Assembly (NCBI GenBank): GCA_038103695.1
Contig: JAYNZN010000002.1
Coordinates: 2,385-65,689, forward strand
Reading direction: 5' to 3'
Length of the DNA stretch: 63,305 nucleotides
DNA from: Opitutales bacterium
GTDB taxonomy: Bacteria; Verrucomicrobiota; Verrucomicrobiia; Opitutales; Seribacteraceae
Made by a program: the position numbers and the translations under genes. The notes beneath the pieces are model-generated. The model did not search any database, had not been told where the DNA came from, and was given only the letters and a program-made list of their open reading frames with translations. Below are positions 61,616 through 63,305 of the stretch, piece after piece (positions within the stretch are counted from its first letter, which is position 1; each line of letters opens with the position of its first letter).

Positions 61616-62758
61616 TCAGTCCTCCTCTTCAGAGGATTCCTTATCGAAAGACTTTTTAGCTTCTTCAAGGTTTTCACAGATAGACCATTCTTCACATCCA
61701 TCTAAGTTATTCCACATATCAGCGTCTTCTCCAGTTGCAATGATTGCACCGCGCATGGGTAATTTCATGTCTTCAATTTTTTCTGAGAATTCACCAACCA
61801 CTTCAATGGCTTCTTCTTCAACTTCTTCCAGGGTAGAGACATCAATTATGATTTTGAGGATACCTTCATTAATGGTATTTCTAATTCTTTGATCCATATT
61901 CTCTTTGATGTCATTGATGACAAAAGGAGTGAGTTCGGGTGGGAGTTCAAAAAATAGAAAATCATCAATGAATTTGAAATAACGAGCAGACGAATCCAAA
62001 TTCATTACTTTGTATAAGACTGCATCCATTTTGTTTTGGTTGAATGGCTTGGAGATACAGTCAGCAAAGCCAGAATCAAGAGCTTTTTTCTGAGCGGATT
62101 CATCTCCCATCACAATCATTCCAATGACAGGAGTGTTCAGCACTCGATGGTTTGTTTTTAATTTACGCCTTAGTGCGATAGCTGCTTCATTTGGTAGCCC
62201 CATACTAATCAGGATGGCGGAAAAGTTAGAGTTTTCACAAGCAGTAAGGGCGGAAGATTCGTCCGTAGCACCTTCCACGACCCATTCACTTTTGGCGAAC
62301 ATTTCGGAGAGTTGCTTGATTATGTTTGGTTTGTCATCTACGACTAAGATTCTAATTGTATCGTCGACAACGGAGGTTCCATCCGAACTTGTGGCTTTTC
62401 GCAGAATTTCATTTTCACTATCACCTCGAGTGGCGATTTTATTCATTCGATATAACCTACGACCTAATGTTCTGATTAACTTGATCGCAACTTTAGGGTT
62501 TTTGGCAACAATATCGGATACGCTTTCTTCCACATGTCGAACTTGTGCAACAGTTTTGGCACGGATAGATGCATCTCTTTTCATGCCAAGAATCTCGCTG
62601 AGTTCACCGAAAATGGCACCTTTCATGTCAATTTCGCTGAGTACACGATCATCTCGGATAACTTCAAGCGTACCACTTTCTAAAATACAAAATCCTTTAC
62701 CGAGTTCTCCCTCCGGTAGAACAATCTCGCCAACTTGATACTCTTGAAGCCTAATCAT
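61616..62758 (-). CDS. Signalling protein: cNMP-binding domain, atypical receiver, STAS-like domain
   Basis: FGELSEILGMKRDASIRA (cNMP); ILVVDD..ILISMGLP..SKPF (receiver); KIIIDVSTL (STAS-like). Confidence 0.75.
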   Translation of the reverse strand: MIRLQEYQVGEIVLPEGELGKGFCILESGTLEVIRDDRVLSEIDMKGAIFGELSEILGMKRDASIRAKTVAQVRHVEESVSDIVAKNPKVAIKLIRTLGRRLYRMNKIATRGDSENEILRKATSSDGTSVVDDTIRILVVDDKPNIIKQLSEMFAKSEWVVEGATDESSALTACENSNFSAILISMGLPNEAAIALRRKLKTNHRVLNTPVIGMIVMGDESAQKKALDSGFADCISKPFNQNKMDAVLYKVMNLDSSARYFKFIDDFLFFELPPELTPFVINDIKENMDQRIRNTINEGILKIIIDVSTLEEVEEEAIEVVGEFSEKIEDMKLPMRGAIIATGEDADMWNNLDGCEEWSICENLEEAKKSFDKESSEEED

Positions 62759-62922
62759 GCTGATAATCTTCTAAAATATATTTACTCTAATCAAACCAAT
62801 TCTAAGATATTCAAAAGATCAGTAATAAATTCTTTTCGTAAATGTTTCTGGACTTCTTGTTACAAGAAAATCTATTTTTCCAATGGATCGACAATGATTC
62901 TGGATAATAGTAAATATGTCTA

Positions 62923-63305
62923 ATGGATTCTGACAAATTTGATTTTTTAGTCCTTGGAGGAGGTAGTGCGGGGTATGCTGCTGCCAGAACCGCAAACGAG
63001 TTGGGAAAAAAAGTTGCCGTGGTCGATGGTGGAACGGAGTTGAGCGGACTCTGTATCCTCCGTGGGTGTATGCCTTCGAAGACATTAATCTACTCAGCAG
63101 AGGTTCTTCATCTGGCTCAAAAAGGAGATCTTTTTGGTTTTCGTGGAGAAAAACCAGTGGCGGATCTTGCTGCCATGCAAAAAAGAAAAAGAGAAGTGAT
63201 CCAGGAGTTTTCTGATTTTCGAAAGGAGCAGTTGGAAGATGGTAGGTTTAGCTTGTTCCGTGCAAATGGTTCTTTCCTCGATACCAACACCATTGCTTTA
63301 GATGA
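62923..63305 (+). CDS. Flavoprotein disulfide reductase (dihydrolipoyl dehydrogenase/mercuric reductase family), 3'-truncated
   Basis: Manual translation MDSDKFDFLVLGGGSAGYAAA..GLCILRGCMPSK; runs off the window end. Confidence 0.9.
   Translation, partial: MDSDKFDFLVLGGGSAGYAAARTANELGKKVAVVDGGTELSGLCILRGCMPSKTLIYSAEVLHLAQKGDLFGFRGEKPVADLAAMQKRKREVIQEFSDFRKEQLEDGRFSLFRANGSFLDTNTIALD

Noticed and set aside
62819-63085. 88-aa minus-strand ORF near the right end
   Set aside because: It is antisense to the truncated flavoprotein disulfide reductase starting at 62923.

Overview
A mostly core-genome segment of a Gram-negative, aerobic bacterium, most likely Verrucomicrobiota (Opitutales-like). That placement is inferred from the MurC-MurB fusion, the LysM gene between murD and ftsW, dnaK-groES-groEL adjacency and the divergent FtsZ/FtsA. 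Bases 1-90 are a C-rich low-complexity end, probably an artefact. Bases ~92-5883 hold an uncharacterised envelope cassette: a 5'-truncated Gly-rich/cadherin/Trp-rich-C-terminus protein, a FecR-domain protein with a beta-rich C-terminus, a beta-barrel OMP with an internal 19-aa repeat, an unannotated 42-aa lipoprotein and an exported hypothetical protein. Next come a PhnDCE-like ABC transporter with a Fur-box-like palindrome over its promoter, waaA, trpA-miaA-nadK, a membrane pseudokinase with a lipoprotein and a PpiD-like protein, and tlyA. These are followed by a full dcw cluster (mraZ to ftsZ; murD broken by one in-frame TAG), an OMP, an SNF2 helicase, alaS, leuB, nusA-infB-rbfA and dnaK-groES-groEL. 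The window ends with lipA, topB, a class V aminotransferase, panD, lpxK, hemE, hemF, a cNMP/pseudo-receiver/STAS-like protein and a truncated flavoprotein disulfide reductase. I saw no rRNA, tRNA, CRISPR array or mobile element. All family calls come from motifs recognised by eye; no searches were run.
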